DNA of 64,000 nt, from assembly GCA_965202665.1 (NCBI GenBank), contig OZ241841.1:352001-416000 (forward strand), read 5' to 3'. A program made the position numbers and the translations under genes. Shown piece after piece: positions 20,219 through 30,728 of the stretch; position 1 is the first letter of the stretch; every line of letters begins with the position of its first letter. The notes beneath the pieces were generated by a model, which was given only the letters and a program-made list of their open reading frames with translations, was not told the DNA's origin and made no database searches. Origin of the DNA: Candidatus Spongiisociaceae bacterium. GTDB taxonomy: Bacteria; Actinomycetota; Acidimicrobiia; Spongiisociales; Spongiisociaceae.

Positions 20219-20986
20219 TCAGTACATTAGGAAGCCGCCGCTTACGTTTATGGTGGCTCCGCTTATGAACGATGAGTGGCGGCTGGCTAGGAACACCACC
20301 ACCCCGCCCAACTCCTCCGGGGAGGCCACCCGGCCCAGGGGGGTGGCTTTGGTCATCGCCTCCAGCACCTCCGGGGCCAAATCGGTCATCAGCATCGGGG
20401 TGTCCACCTGGCCGGGGGCCACTGCGTTCACCGTTATCTGATCCCCCCCGTAGGTGCGGGCCAAACCCCGCACCATGGACACGATCCCCCCTTTGGCGGC
20501 GCAATACACCACCGAACCGCCGAAGCCGCCCGTCCACCAGCCCTGCGAGGAAAAAGCTATGATCCGGCCCCCCTCCCCCGCCTCCCGCATCATCGTCGCC
20601 GCCTCCCGCATCAGAAAAAAGGAGGCTTTCAAATTGGTGTCCAGCTGGAAATCCCAGTCATCTTCGGTCACCGCGTCCACAGAATCTACCCGGCGCAGCA
20701 CCGCCGCCAAATGAGCCAGCGCGTACACCCCGCCCAGCTCGTCCCGCGCCCGCTCCAGCAACGCCCTTTGCGCCGACCGGTCGGTCAAATCCGCCCCCAC
20801 CGCCGCATGGCCCGGCCCTTCCAAACCGGCTACCGCCTCATCGGCCGCCGCCTGATGCAAATCCACCGCCATCACCCGCGCCCCGGCGGAGGCGAACGCG
20901 GCGGTGACCGCCCGGCCTATCCCCCCGGCCGCCCCGGTGACCACCACCCCTTTGCCCTCCAAACCCGCTCCTACGCTCCACGCCAC
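20219..20986 (-). CDS. SDR family oxidoreductase
   Basis: TGAAGGIG, YCAAK, VNAVAPG. Confidence 0.93.
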   Translation of the reverse strand: MAWSVGAGLEGKGVVVTGAAGGIGRAVTAAFASAGARVMAVDLHQAAADEAVAGLEGPGHAAVGADLTDRSAQRALLERARDELGGVYALAHLAAVLRRVDSVDAVTEDDWDFQLDTNLKASFFLMREAATMMREAGEGGRIIAFSSQGWWTGGFGGSVVYCAAKGGIVSMVRGLARTYGGDQITVNAVAPGQVDTPMLMTDLAPEVLEAMTKATPLGRVASPEELGGVVVFLASRHSSFISGATINVSGGFLMY

Positions 20987-21028
20987 TTCCGGCCTCCCTT
21001 CCCTGAACTGAACCGAACCGCCCCCGGC

Positions 21029-22165
21029 CTATCCGAGAACTTTCTCAGTGCGGAACCTGTCCACCACCGACTCTTTCACCTCCACCCCCAGCCCCGCCCC
21101 AGCGGGCGGAAACACCCAGCCCTCCCGGTGCTCAAACGGCTCCTCCACCAGCTCATGCTGCATCGGGTTCTCCAACGGCTTGAACTCGAACAACTTGCAG
21201 GCCCGGCTGCTGAAACTCACCGCCAAACTGGCCGCCGTCACAATCGCCGACGACCAGGCGTGGGCGTTGGCCTGCCTGCGGCGGCTTTCCGTCAAATCGG
21301 CCACCCGTTTGAAGCCGGTAATCCCCTCCGCCCGTCCCGGATCGCACCCCACCACGTCCACCGTCCCCGTATCCAACACCCGCTCAAAACCGGAAAGGGT
21401 CCACTCCCGCTCCCCGTAAGCCAGCAAAGTTCGGGTTTTGGAACGCAGGTTGGCGTAGCCTTCCGGATCCCACGCCCCCAGCGGCTCCTCGATCCAGTCG
21501 ATTCCGTATTCGTCGAAGGCCTGCGTGCGCCGCACCGCGGTGGACACGTCCCATTTCACCGCCACCCCCAGGTCGATCATCAGCGACTTGCCGGGGCCGA
21601 TCGCCTCCCGCATCCGCCGTACGTATTCCACGTCCCGGTCGTGTTCGAACCCCAGACGGGCGTTCCCCCGCTTCCCGAACCCCACTTTCATCCCATGCAA
21701 ACCGCTCGACAGCCACTCCCGCGCCTCCTCCGCCATCTCCGGGATGGACTCGTAATGGGCGTGGGAGGAGGCGATGGCGGGCAACCGGTCATGCACCGGC
21801 CCGCCCAGCAGATCCAGCACGCTGCTCCCCAAAGCCTTCCCTTTCAAATCCCACAGGGCGATGTCCAAAGCGGCGATGGCGAAACTGGCGATCCCGCCCC
21901 CGTGCCCGTACCACCAGGCCCGGTCTTTCAAATCCCCGAAGATGGCGGCGTTGCGCACCGGGTCCCGCCCCACCAGCAAATCCGCCATCCCCTCCATCAC
22001 CTCTTTGGCGGCGAAACTGGCTTCGGGCCACATGGTCACCGACTCCCCCCATCCCACCGTCCCGTCGGCGGCGGTGACCTTCGCCAAGCACAGGTGGCGG
22101 ACGGCGTTGAAGTCGTTCGGCTCCGGGTAACTGACCGGAATGGCCTCCACGGACTGGATTTTCAT
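21029..22165 (-). CDS. Mandelate racemase/muconate lactonizing enzyme family (probable acid-sugar dehydratase)
   Basis: Start MKIQSVEAIP at 22165; GWGE, ALDIALWDLKGK, KVGFG, MID, WIEEP, GE, HAW. Confidence 0.9.
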   Translation of the reverse strand: MKIQSVEAIPVSYPEPNDFNAVRHLCLAKVTAADGTVGWGESVTMWPEASFAAKEVMEGMADLLVGRDPVRNAAIFGDLKDRAWWYGHGGGIASFAIAALDIALWDLKGKALGSSVLDLLGGPVHDRLPAIASSHAHYESIPEMAEEAREWLSSGLHGMKVGFGKRGNARLGFEHDRDVEYVRRMREAIGPGKSLMIDLGVAVKWDVSTAVRRTQAFDEYGIDWIEEPLGAWDPEGYANLRSKTRTLLAYGEREWTLSGFERVLDTGTVDVVGCDPGRAEGITGFKRVADLTESRRRQANAHAWSSAIVTAASLAVSFSSRACKLFEFKPLENPMQHELVEEPFEHREGWVFPPAGAGLGVEVKESVVDRFRTEKVLG

Positions 22166-22248
22166 CTCCCGCCTTTCCCCGCCCGGCGCCCGCCCGGCGG
22201 TTGGGCCGGTTCGCCGGCGGATGTTGGATTTTGCGGCATCGCCCAACC

Positions 22249-22767
22249 TTACCCGGCGGCGGCCCGGGGAGGCGGCTGCAGGAGCTCCAGCGTGATCCCG
22301 TCCGGGTCCCGCAGGTAACAGGCCCGGGCCCCGGCGTTGGGGCCGACCGTAACCTCCACCGGGCCGGGGCTGACCGGGACCGCCCCGCACGCCAGCGCCC
22401 GCTCCCGCATCGCCCCGATGTCGTCCACCGCCAGGCAGATGTGAACGTTGCCCGGGTTGGCGGTGTCCGGCGGGTTGGGATGCTTGTCGGGAATCAGGTA
22501 TTCCAGAATTTCCAGCACCGCCCCATCCCCGCCCGGCAGGTCGATGACCGCCGCGTCCAAATGAATTCCCTGGTATCCGGTGATGCCGCCCAGGTACTCC
22601 CCGTCCAGCACCCGCCGCCAGCGGGGTTCCACCCCCAGGAAAGCGCTCCAGAAAGCGGCCGACCTGCCCACGTCGGCCACCGTTACCCCCAGATGGTGAA
22701 TGCGGCGCAGGCCGGCCGCCCCCGCCGCCCCGTCCCCGTCCCCGGCGTCCGGCTCACCAGGTGACAT
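22249..22767 (-). CDS. VOC/glyoxalase family protein
   Basis: HHLGVTVAD, LEILEY, HICLAVDD, YLRDPDGITLEL. Confidence 0.9.
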   Translation of the reverse strand: MSPGEPDAGDGDGAAGAAGLRRIHHLGVTVADVGRSAAFWSAFLGVEPRWRRVLDGEYLGGITGYQGIHLDAAVIDLPGGDGAVLEILEYLIPDKHPNPPDTANPGNVHICLAVDDIGAMRERALACGAVPVSPGPVEVTVGPNAGARACYLRDPDGITLELLQPPPRAAAG

Positions 22768-23488
22768 AGCCTCCGCCCAGGTTGACCGCCTGCCCGGTCA
22801 TGTAGGAGCTTTCTTCGGAGAGCAGAAACCAGATCAGCCCGGCCACTTCCTCCGGGGTTCCGGAGCGGCCCATCGGCACCAGGGAGTTGCGGGCCGCCCG
22901 CAGTTCATCGGGGGTCATCCCCCGTTGGGGGGCCACTTCCGCCAGCACCCGTTCCTGCATGGGGGTGTCGATCACCGCCGGGCACACCGCGTTCACCCGC
23001 ACCGGGATCTCCGCCAGCCGGTAGGCGAAGGAGCGGGTGACGGACAGGATGGCGGTTTTGGAGGCCCCGTAGACGGCCGCCTCCACCGTGTTGGACAACT
23101 TGGCCGAACTGGACGACATGTTGACGATGGAGCCGCCGGGGGGCATGGAAAACCCGATCCCCTGGCACAGGAAAAAGATTGATTCCACGTTGACGGCGAA
23201 CACCCTCCGCCAGTCCTCCACGGAAACTTCGGACAGGTCTTTCAGCAGGATCACCCCGGCCGCGTTGACCAGATGCCGGCACCCCCGCCCCTCCTCCGCC
23301 ACCCGCGCCCGGTCCTCCGGCGAAGACAGGTCGGCGGCCATGATCCGGGCGCCGCTCCCCGCCCAGGCTTCTTCCAGGCCCTCCCGGTTGATGTCCACCA
23401 CCGTCACCCGGCATCCTTCGTCCAAAAGCCGCTGGGCGGCCGCCCGGCCGATCCCGCTGGCCGCCCCGGTGACAACCGCCTTCGGCAT
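22754..23488 (-). CDS. SDR family oxidoreductase
   Basis: TGAASGIG, NAAG, YGASK, VNAVCP. Confidence 0.93.
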   Translation of the reverse strand: MPKAVVTGAASGIGRAAAQRLLDEGCRVTVVDINREGLEEAWAGSGARIMAADLSSPEDRARVAEEGRGCRHLVNAAGVILLKDLSEVSVEDWRRVFAVNVESIFFLCQGIGFSMPPGGSIVNMSSSSAKLSNTVEAAVYGASKTAILSVTRSFAYRLAEIPVRVNAVCPAVIDTPMQERVLAEVAPQRGMTPDELRAARNSLVPMGRSGTPEEVAGLIWFLLSEESSYMTGQAVNLGGGYVTW

Positions 23489-23521
23489 AAGCCCGCCCGC
23501 CCGTCCGGCGCCCGAAGCCGG

Positions 23522-24607
23522 CTAGTCGGCCCCGGCCAGCCGCAACCGCACCTGGTCGAAGGTGACCGCCCCCACCAACAGCACCCCCTGCGCCACTTCG
23601 ATCCAGAACGATCCCACGTTCAGCTGGATGAGGCCGTTTTGCAACACTCCGATCACGCACACCGCCAGCAGGGTGCCGCCGATGGTGCCCCGCCCCCCGG
23701 ACAGGCTGGCCCCGCCCAGGATGACCGCGGTCAGCACCGCCAGCTCGAATCCCAGGCCGGCGTTGGTGGAAGCCCCCCCGATCTGCGACAGGCGGATCAG
23801 CCCGCCCAGGGCCACCGCCAGGGCCGACAGCATGAACCCGATGAAGATAAGCAACCGCACCCGGATTCCGGCCAGGCGGGCCGCCTCCGGGCTGGCCCCG
23901 ATGGCGTACATGGACCGCCCGTAAACGGTGAACCGCATAATCACGAAAAAGATGGCCACCATGGCCGCGAAAAGGTAAACCGACAGCGGGATGTTAAATA
24001 AGGGCCGCACCACCCCCAGTTTGTTGAACCCGTTGATGCGGATGGTCTGGCCGTCGCCGATGACTTTGGTCATCCCGCGCAGGATGGCCAACGTCCCCAA
24101 AGTGGTGATAATGGAATTAAGCCCCACCACGGTCACCAGCGACCCATGGATGCCCCCGATGAGCAAAGTGGCCAGCAGGGCCACCAGGAAGGCCCCCACC
24201 AGGGTCAGCCCCAATCCGTAAGGGGTGGTTTCGGCGTTGGTGGCGGTGGCGGCCACCGCCATGGACATTCCGATGAACCCGGCCGCCGAGCCCACTGACA
24301 AATCCACCTGTCCCGCCACCAACAGCAAAGTGGCCGGGCAGGCGATGATGCCGATGACGGCCACGTTCTGCAAAACGTTGATCAGGTTGTCGGTGCGCAG
24401 GAAAAAATCGGAGGTGATGGAGAAAAAGACGAACTCGATCAACAGCACCGCCAGCAGGGCGGTGGTTTCCGGCAGTTTGAGCTTGGCCCGCCGCCGGCCG
24501 ATTTCCTCAACTTCCGCTTTGGCGGCCGCTACCTGCTCGGCGCGGGTCGCAATCTCCCCGTCGTCTCCGGCGTCGGAACGGCCGTTGGCCGCGGTTTCAT
24601 CGTTCAT
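23522..24607 (-). CDS. Monosaccharide ABC transporter permease (RbsC-like)
   Basis: VDLSVGS, ITTLG, GRSMYAIG, ELAVLTAVILGGASLSGG-G. Confidence 0.93.
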   Translation of the reverse strand: MNDETAANGRSDAGDDGEIATRAEQVAAAKAEVEEIGRRRAKLKLPETTALLAVLLIEFVFFSITSDFFLRTDNLINVLQNVAVIGIIACPATLLLVAGQVDLSVGSAAGFIGMSMAVAATATNAETTPYGLGLTLVGAFLVALLATLLIGGIHGSLVTVVGLNSIITTLGTLAILRGMTKVIGDGQTIRINGFNKLGVVRPLFNIPLSVYLFAAMVAIFFVIMRFTVYGRSMYAIGASPEAARLAGIRVRLLIFIGFMLSALAVALGGLIRLSQIGGASTNAGLGFELAVLTAVILGGASLSGGRGTIGGTLLAVCVIGVLQNGLIQLNVGSFWIEVAQGVLLVGAVTFDQVRLRLAGAD

Positions 24608-24613
24608 TTTGGG

Positions 24614-26107
24614 CTAACCTCCCGAAGCTTCGAGCAGTCCGCTCATGGTTACGTCGTCGCCGGACAGTTCCGCGACCGCCCGGCCTTTGGCGATCACCAG
24701 GCACCGGTCTGCCACCTGCACCGCCTCCTCGTAGTCGGAGGTGACCACCAGCACCGCGATTCCCTCCTCCGCCAACTCGCGCAGGGCGCCGTAAATGTCG
24801 CGGCGGGCCCCCACGTCCACCCCCCGGGTGGGTTCCACCAGCACCATCACCCGCGAGCGCCTTTCCAGCCAGCGGGAGATGAGCACCTTCTGCTGGTTGC
24901 CGCCGGACAGGGTGCGCATAATTTGGCGGGGGTCGTTGCGGGAGCGGATGGACAGGCGGTCGTGCCAGCGGCGGTAGGCCCGGTTTTCCACCCGGGCGGT
25001 GATCCACTGCCCGAAGCGGGCCAGGAGCGGCCAGGAGGCCACCGCCGTGTTTTCCGCCACCGAACGCACCATCAGCGCCCCGCCCGCTTTGCGTTCCGCG
25101 GGCAGAAACCCGATTCCCCGCTGCACCGCCCCCACCGGGGTGGAGAAGTCGGCGGGCGCCCCGCCCACCTCCAACCGGCCGGCGTGCAACTCGCGGATTC
25201 CGAAAGCGGTTTCCGCCAACTCGGCCGCCCCCGAACCCAGTTTGCCGTAGACGGCCACCACCTCCCCCGGACGCACCTCCAAATCCACCCCCTGGAACTG
25301 GTTTTCCGCCCCGGCCCCCGTCCAGCGCAGGGCCGGTTCCTCCCCCAAGTCGTGGCTGATGGGGGCCGGGCGGCCCAACTCGCCGCTTTTCCGTCCGATC
25401 ATCGCCTCGATCATCGCCCTCCGGTCGGTTTCCGCGACTTGGGACACCAGGGCGGTGTGGCCGTCCCGCAGCACCTGCACCCGGTCGGCGATCAACCCCA
25501 CTTCGTCCAGCCGGTGGGTGATGTAGACGATGGCCACCCCCTGCGAACGCAGTTTGCGGATGAACTCGAACAGCACCTCCGCTTCGTGGTGGGAGAGGGC
25601 GGCGGTCGGTTCGTCCAGGATGAGCAGTTTGGCCGAATGGGAGAGGGCCCGGGCGATTTCCACCAGTTGCCGCTCCCCGACCCGCAACGACCCGACTATC
25701 GCATTGGGGTCGATTTCGATTTCCAACTCGTCCAGGATGTCCACCGCCCGTTTGCGCATCGCCCCCCACCGCACCATTCCCCCTTTGCTGGGCAACCGCC
25801 CCAGGGAAATGTTTTCGGCCACGCTCAGCGGCGGGGCGTCCTGGAACTCCTGGGAGATGATGGCCACCCCCAGGGCCCGGGCCTGGCGGGGGGTGAGGAC
25901 CTCGAAGGTTTCCCCTTCCGCGGCCAGCTCCCCGGAGTCGGCTTGGTAGTCGCCGGACATTATTTTGACCAGCGTCGACTTGCCCGCTCCGTTCTCCCCC
26001 AACAGGGCCAGAACTTCGCCTGCGGAGGCGCCGAGGTCCACGCCATGCAGAACCTCGACGCCCCCGAAGGACTTCCTTATACGGCGAGCCTCAAACGAGA
26101 ACGCCAT
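24614..26107 (-). CDS. Monosaccharide ABC transporter ATP-binding protein (RbsA-like)
   Basis: GENGAGKST, LILDEPT, LSGGNQQK, EPTRGVDVGA. Confidence 0.95.
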   Translation of the reverse strand: MAFSFEARRIRKSFGGVEVLHGVDLGASAGEVLALLGENGAGKSTLVKIMSGDYQADSGELAAEGETFEVLTPRQARALGVAIISQEFQDAPPLSVAENISLGRLPSKGGMVRWGAMRKRAVDILDELEIEIDPNAIVGSLRVGERQLVEIARALSHSAKLLILDEPTAALSHHEAEVLFEFIRKLRSQGVAIVYITHRLDEVGLIADRVQVLRDGHTALVSQVAETDRRAMIEAMIGRKSGELGRPAPISHDLGEEPALRWTGAGAENQFQGVDLEVRPGEVVAVYGKLGSGAAELAETAFGIRELHAGRLEVGGAPADFSTPVGAVQRGIGFLPAERKAGGALMVRSVAENTAVASWPLLARFGQWITARVENRAYRRWHDRLSIRSRNDPRQIMRTLSGGNQQKVLISRWLERRSRVMVLVEPTRGVDVGARRDIYGALRELAEEGIAVLVVTSDYEEAVQVADRCLVIAKGRAVAELSGDDVTMSGLLEASGG

Positions 26108-26141
26108 TTCGCTTGCCGAATGTAACCCGGCGGCGGCTGTC

Positions 26142-27242
26142 TCAGCAGTCGGTCACCGTGTAGACGTCGTCGATGTTGTCCCGGGTGATCACCTGGTGAT
26201 CGGTGAACAACTGACCTGCGACAGACTGGCCCGCCACCGCGTTGAGGATGGACGGGATCAGAATCTTGCCGTAGTTCTCGGGGAAATAAGCCACCGAGGC
26301 CACGTAGTTGTCGTTGTTCTTGATCTCGCACCAGATGCTGGGGTCGGTGCCCTGGCCGGAGTAGTACATGTCGTCCTGGCGGCCCAGGGTGTTGCCCGCT
26401 CCGATGGCGCCCAGGATGCCGTCTTCGTTGATGGCCACCACCACGATGCGGTCGCCCGGCAGGGCGGTCAGCAAGTTGGTCATCTGCTCCAAAGCCGGGT
26501 CGGTGCGGTCCGCGCCGTCCTGCACCCGCTCGTTGACGATCGGGCAGAACTCCTCGAAGCCCTCCCGATATCCACCCATCCGGTCCCGGTTGGCGGCCCC
26601 GGCGGCGGTGGACTCCAACGACACATAGGCCGTGTAATCGCAATCGAAGTTGTCTGAAATGAACTTGCCCATGGCCCGTCCGCCCAACTGGCCGGCCAAC
26701 CGGTTGTTGGCCCCCATGAAAGCGGTCTGGCAGGGAGGCTGAATGATGTCGATGGCGATCACCGGCACATCCCCGTGCGCGGCGCAAATCTCCGGAGAGG
26801 ACTCCTGGAACACCTGGAAATTGAGCACGCCCTGCGCGCCCCGCACCGCAAAGTCCTGAGCGCAGGCCAAAGCTTTGGCGGCGTCGATCTCCGAATCGCA
26901 GAAAATGAGGTTCACGCCCAAGCGATCCGCCTCCTCTTTGATCCCGTCCGACACCAACTTCACGAACGGCACCGCGTCGCCCAACGAGATGTAACCGATG
27001 GTCACTTCCTCTTCGGGGGCAGTGACCTCGACTTCCACGATGCTGGTCTCCACCACCTCCACCTCGACGAGGCTTGTCTCCACCACCGTCTCGGTTACCA
27101 CCTCGGTTACCACCACCGTCTCCGTGACGGTCTCGGTAATGGTCTCGGTGCGGGTGCAGGCGGTGGCGGTCAAGGCCAACACCGAGGCCAAGATCACCAA
27201 GCGGGTCGTCAACCGCCTTCTGTTTCTAATCCAGTCGTTCAT
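26142..27242 (-). CDS. Monosaccharide ABC transporter substrate-binding lipoprotein
   Basis: Lipobox ATAC, Thr/Glu/Val low-complexity linker, RbsB-like fold motifs; in an operon with the ATPase and permease. Confidence 0.88.
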   Translation of the reverse strand: MNDWIRNRRRLTTRLVILASVLALTATACTRTETITETVTETVVVTEVVTETVVETSLVEVEVVETSIVEVEVTAPEEEVTIGYISLGDAVPFVKLVSDGIKEEADRLGVNLIFCDSEIDAAKALACAQDFAVRGAQGVLNFQVFQESSPEICAAHGDVPVIAIDIIQPPCQTAFMGANNRLAGQLGGRAMGKFISDNFDCDYTAYVSLESTAAGAANRDRMGGYREGFEEFCPIVNERVQDGADRTDPALEQMTNLLTALPGDRIVVVAINEDGILGAIGAGNTLGRQDDMYYSGQGTDPSIWCEIKNNDNYVASVAYFPENYGKILIPSILNAVAGQSVAGQLFTDHQVITRDNIDDVYTVTDC

Positions 27243-27291
27243 TCTGTTTCTCCTCCCGATAGTCCGCCGGGACTCGTTCCGCGGCGGGTTT

Positions 27292-27307
27292 CTGGAAACG
27301 TTGCCAG
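27292..27307. promoter_or_regulatory. Putative LacI-family operator CTGGAAACGTTGCCAG
   Basis: Near-perfect palindrome with central CG, between the divergent transporter and lactonase/LacI genes. Confidence 0.75.
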
Positions 27308-27461
27308 CCTACAGGCTACCCCGCCCCGTAAACCCGGTCAACCGATTTTTTTGATTTTATTTTTCGGGACGGCCGGGCGGCGGCGGGGGTAGACTGCGGG
27401 GCGCAAGCCGACAGACGAGGCGTCCGCGCCCGCGCCAGGCGGGAGGACGCAGGAGGTTGAA

Positions 27462-28346
27462 ATGAGCGACATCGCGTTCGTGGACACGCACATCCATTTC
27501 TGGGAGCGCCCCCACCCGACCTTGAAGTGGGTGTGGCTGGAGCCCGACTTCATCCATCCGCAACTGGGGGACACGGTGCTGCTGAAGGAGATGAAGACCT
27601 ACACCGCCCCCCAGTATTTGGAGGACATCGCCGGGTGCGGGGTTTCCAAAGCGGTGCATGTGCAGGCCGCCATCGGCACCGAAGACCCGGTGGAGGAAAC
27701 CAAATGGCTGCAGGCTATGGCCGATGAAACCGGGTGGCCGCACGGCATCGTCGGCGACGCCCGGTTGCAGCATCCGGATGTGGAAGGGGTGCTGGAACAA
27801 CATGCGGAATACCCCAACTTCCGCGGCCTGCGCGACTTCGCCGAAGGCGACTACCTGGTGGACCCGAACTTCCACCGCGGCTACTCCCTGTTGGAAAAAT
27901 ACAACCTGGTGTACGATTTGGACTGCACCTGGGAGAACATGCACAAGGCGGCCGACATGGCCCGCAAGTTCCCCAACATCATCCTCATCCTGGATCACGC
28001 CGGGTTCCCCCAGGACCGCACCGACGAATACTTCGCCAACTGGATGAAAGGCATGAGAACCCTGGGCCAAGTGGAAAACGCGGTCATCAAAATCTCCGGG
28101 CTGGGGATGGGCGACCAGATGGCGGGGAAAGTGTGGACGGTGGATTCCATCCGCCCCTACGTGCACGGCTGCATCGAGGCTTTCGGGGTGGAACGCAGTT
28201 TCTTCGGCACCAACTGGCCGGTGGACAAGATGTACTCCGCCTATTCGGCGCTGGTCGACGCCTACCGGGAGTTGATATCGGAGTTCAGCCCGGACGAGCA
28301 GGCCGCCCTGTTCTCCGCCAACGCCGAGCGCATCTACCGCATCTGA
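27462..28346 (+). CDS. Amidohydrolase_2 family (L-fucono/L-rhamnono-lactonase-like)
   Basis: DTHIHFW, VHVQA, LDHAG, KISG, FGTNWPVD, NAERIY. Confidence 0.85.
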   Translation: MSDIAFVDTHIHFWERPHPTLKWVWLEPDFIHPQLGDTVLLKEMKTYTAPQYLEDIAGCGVSKAVHVQAAIGTEDPVEETKWLQAMADETGWPHGIVGDARLQHPDVEGVLEQHAEYPNFRGLRDFAEGDYLVDPNFHRGYSLLEKYNLVYDLDCTWENMHKAADMARKFPNIILILDHAGFPQDRTDEYFANWMKGMRTLGQVENAVIKISGLGMGDQMAGKVWTVDSIRPYVHGCIEAFGVERSFFGTNWPVDKMYSAYSALVDAYRELISEFSPDEQAALFSANAERIYRI

Positions 28347-28409
28347 CCGAGCGCCGCCGGTTCCGCCCCGCCGGGGGACGGCCGCCCGGCCGCCCGGCCC
28401 GCCGGTAGG

Positions 28410-29456
28410 GTGGACGCGGCCATGTCCGCCGCCGACCGCGCCCCGCCCCCCACTATGAACGAGGTGGCCCGCCGGGCGGGGGTGGCCCTGTCTTCGGTGT
28501 CCCGGGTGATGAACGGGCATCCGGATGTGAGCGAAGAGATGCGCCGGCGGGTGTCGGAGGCCATGTCGGAGTTGGGTTACGAGCCCAACCTGTTGGCGGC
28601 CGGCCTGCGCCGGGGCAGGAGCCGCGCCATCGGGTTCATCGTCTCCGACATAGCCAACCCGCTGTTGGCGACCATTCTCAACTCCGCCCAAGCCGTCCTC
28701 GGCCGGCGGAAATACGCGGCGATGGTGGCCAACTCCAACGGGAGCCCGGAGCAGGAGGCGGAACTGGCCCGGCTGCTGCGGCAACGGCGGGCGGACGCGC
28801 TGGTGGTTTCCCTGTCGGACGAAACCAGTCCGGGGATTATGCGGGAGTTGCAGCGGCTGGACGGGCCGGTGGTGCTGTTGGACCGCCAAGCCCCCCTGTT
28901 GCGGGAGAAGGCGTCGGTGGTGGAATCCGACCACGATGCGGGAATGCGGCGGGCGGTGAAGCATCTGCTGAACCTGGGCCACCGCCGCATCGCCCTGCTG
29001 GCCGGGCCGCCCGACATCCGGCCCACCACCCGGCGGGTGGCCGGACATCGGGAAACCTTCGCCGAACTGGACCGCCCTTTCCCGGAAGATTTGGTGCGGT
29101 GGGGGTCTTTCACCCCCAAATTCGGGGAGGCGGCCGCCACGGAACTGCTGGATCAGCCGGAGCCGCCCACCGCTTTCATCTCCGGCGGCAACCGCATTCT
29201 GGTGGGCCTGATGCGGGTCCTGCGGCGCCGGGGGCTTCAGCCGGGGCGTGACATTTCGGTGGTGTCCTGCGACGACGTGCCCCTGTCGGAGCTGTACTCC
29301 CCGCCCATCACGGTCATCAACCGGGACATGCGGCTGATGGGGCAGACGGCCGCCGAACTGGCCCTGGAAAGAATCGACGATCCGTCCCGTCCGCCCCGCA
29401 CCGTCGTCCTCCCCACTTCCCTGGTGTTGCGGGAATCAACCGGCCGGGCGCCGTAG
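28410..29456 (+). CDS. LacI-family transcriptional regulator
   Basis: TMNEVARRAGVALSSVSRVMN HTH, ELGYEPN hinge, sugar-binding domain. Confidence 0.95.
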   Translation: MDAAMSAADRAPPPTMNEVARRAGVALSSVSRVMNGHPDVSEEMRRRVSEAMSELGYEPNLLAAGLRRGRSRAIGFIVSDIANPLLATILNSAQAVLGRRKYAAMVANSNGSPEQEAELARLLRQRRADALVVSLSDETSPGIMRELQRLDGPVVLLDRQAPLLREKASVVESDHDAGMRRAVKHLLNLGHRRIALLAGPPDIRPTTRRVAGHRETFAELDRPFPEDLVRWGSFTPKFGEAAATELLDQPEPPTAFISGGNRILVGLMRVLRRRGLQPGRDISVVSCDDVPLSELYSPPITVINRDMRLMGQTAAELALERIDDPSRPPRTVVLPTSLVLRESTGRAP

Positions 29457-29473
29457 CCGGGCCCGGCCCGCGC

Positions 29474-29713
29474 CTACCCGGTTTCTATTACGCAAACCGG
29501 GTCGCCCACCTCCACTTCGTCGTCGGGGGCGGCCAGCAATTCGGTTACCACCCCGGCCGCCGGGCTGGGGAAATCGGCCTCCACCTTGTCGGTTTCCACC
29601 CGCATCAGGACGTCCCCTTCGGCCACCCGGTCCCCTGCCGCCACCAGCCATTCCAGCACCACCACCTGCCCGGCGGTTTCCCCCAGTTTGGGCATTTTCA
29701 CTTTGACCAGCAT
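29474..29713 (-). CDS. Stand-alone lipoyl-carrier domain protein
   Basis: MPKLGE...W...GD-V..GD...VETDK, 79 aa. Confidence 0.9.
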   Translation of the reverse strand: MLVKVKMPKLGETAGQVVVLEWLVAAGDRVAEGDVLMRVETDKVEADFPSPAAGVVTELLAAPDDEVEVGDPVCVIETG

Positions 29714-29735
29714 CGTCGCTCCGCTTCCCAGGCTC

Positions 29736-30728
29736 TCAGGGGGCGTAGATGTTGGCGAACATGTCCTCCACCCCGGCCGGTTCCCCGGCGGCGGCCTCCG
29801 CCTCCGCCTCCGCCAAGCGCCGCGCCACCCCGGCTTCCATCTCCGCCGCCTGTTCTTCGGTCAACTCCCCTTCGTCCAACAACCGGCGGCGGTAAGTGTT
29901 GATGGGGTCTTTCTCGTACCACAGGTCGAATTCGCCTTCCGGCCGGTAGGGGGCCTTGTCGGCCCGGGAATGGCCCGCGTAACGGTAGGTTTTCATTTCC
30001 AGCAGGGAAGGCCCCTCCCCAGCCCGGGCCCGCGCCAGGGCGTTTTCCATGGCGGAGGCCACCGCGTCCACGTCCTGGCCGTCCACGATTTCGCCGGGCA
30101 TCCCGTAGGAGGCGGCCCGGTCGGCCAGATCGCCGATGGGGGTGGTCAGCTCAATGCGGCTGTACTCCCCGTACTGGTTGTTTTCGCACACGAACACCGC
30201 GGGCAGTTTCCAGATGGCGGCCAGGTTCAAACCTTCGTGGAAAGCCCCGATGTTGGCGGCCCCGTCCCCGAACACGGCCACCGCCGCCCGGTCGGTTCCC
30301 CGCACCTGGGCGGTGAGGGCCGCTCCTGCCGCCACCGGAATGCCCGCCCCCACGATGGCGAAGGTGGGGAGCAGTCCCACCGACGTGTCGCACAGGTGCA
30401 TGGAGCCGCCCACCCCGCCGATCGCCCCCAGTTTGCGGCCCATGATCTCCCCCATGATGCTGAGCGGGGTCATCCCCAGGGCCAGGGCCACCCCGTGGCC
30501 GCGGTAGGTGCAGGTGACGGTATCGTCGGGCCGGGCGGCGGCCGCCACCCCCACCGCCACCGCCTCCTGCCCCTGGCAGGTGTGGGTGGTGCCGTGCACC
30601 GTCCCTTCGAAGAACATTTCCTGCACCCGGTCTTCAAAAGACCGGATTTCGAACATCGCCTCGTAGCGGGCGGGGCGGCCCGACTGCAGGCGGCGGCGCC
30701 TTTCCAAAGAAGCGGTTCCGGGGCTCAT
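29736..30728 (-). CDS. TPP-dependent dehydrogenase E1 alpha subunit (PdhA/AcoA-like)
   Basis: GQEA, TYRGHG, GGSMH, GDGA...ENNQY, YRYAGHS; start at ATG 30728. Confidence 0.93.
   Translation of the reverse strand: MSPGTASLERRRRLQSGRPARYEAMFEIRSFEDRVQEMFFEGTVHGTTHTCQGQEAVAVGVAAAARPDDTVTCTYRGHGVALALGMTPLSIMGEIMGRKLGAIGGVGGSMHLCDTSVGLLPTFAIVGAGIPVAAGAALTAQVRGTDRAAVAVFGDGAANIGAFHEGLNLAAIWKLPAVFVCENNQYGEYSRIELTTPIGDLADRAASYGMPGEIVDGQDVDAVASAMENALARARAGEGPSLLEMKTYRYAGHSRADKAPYRPEGEFDLWYEKDPINTYRRRLLDEGELTEEQAAEMEAGVARRLAEAEAEAAAGEPAGVEDMFANIYAP

Noticed and set aside
27000-27160. Thr/Val/Glu repeats here and Thr-rich tracts at about 1290-1370 and 39100-39270
   Set aside because: Ordinary low-complexity linkers of lipoproteins
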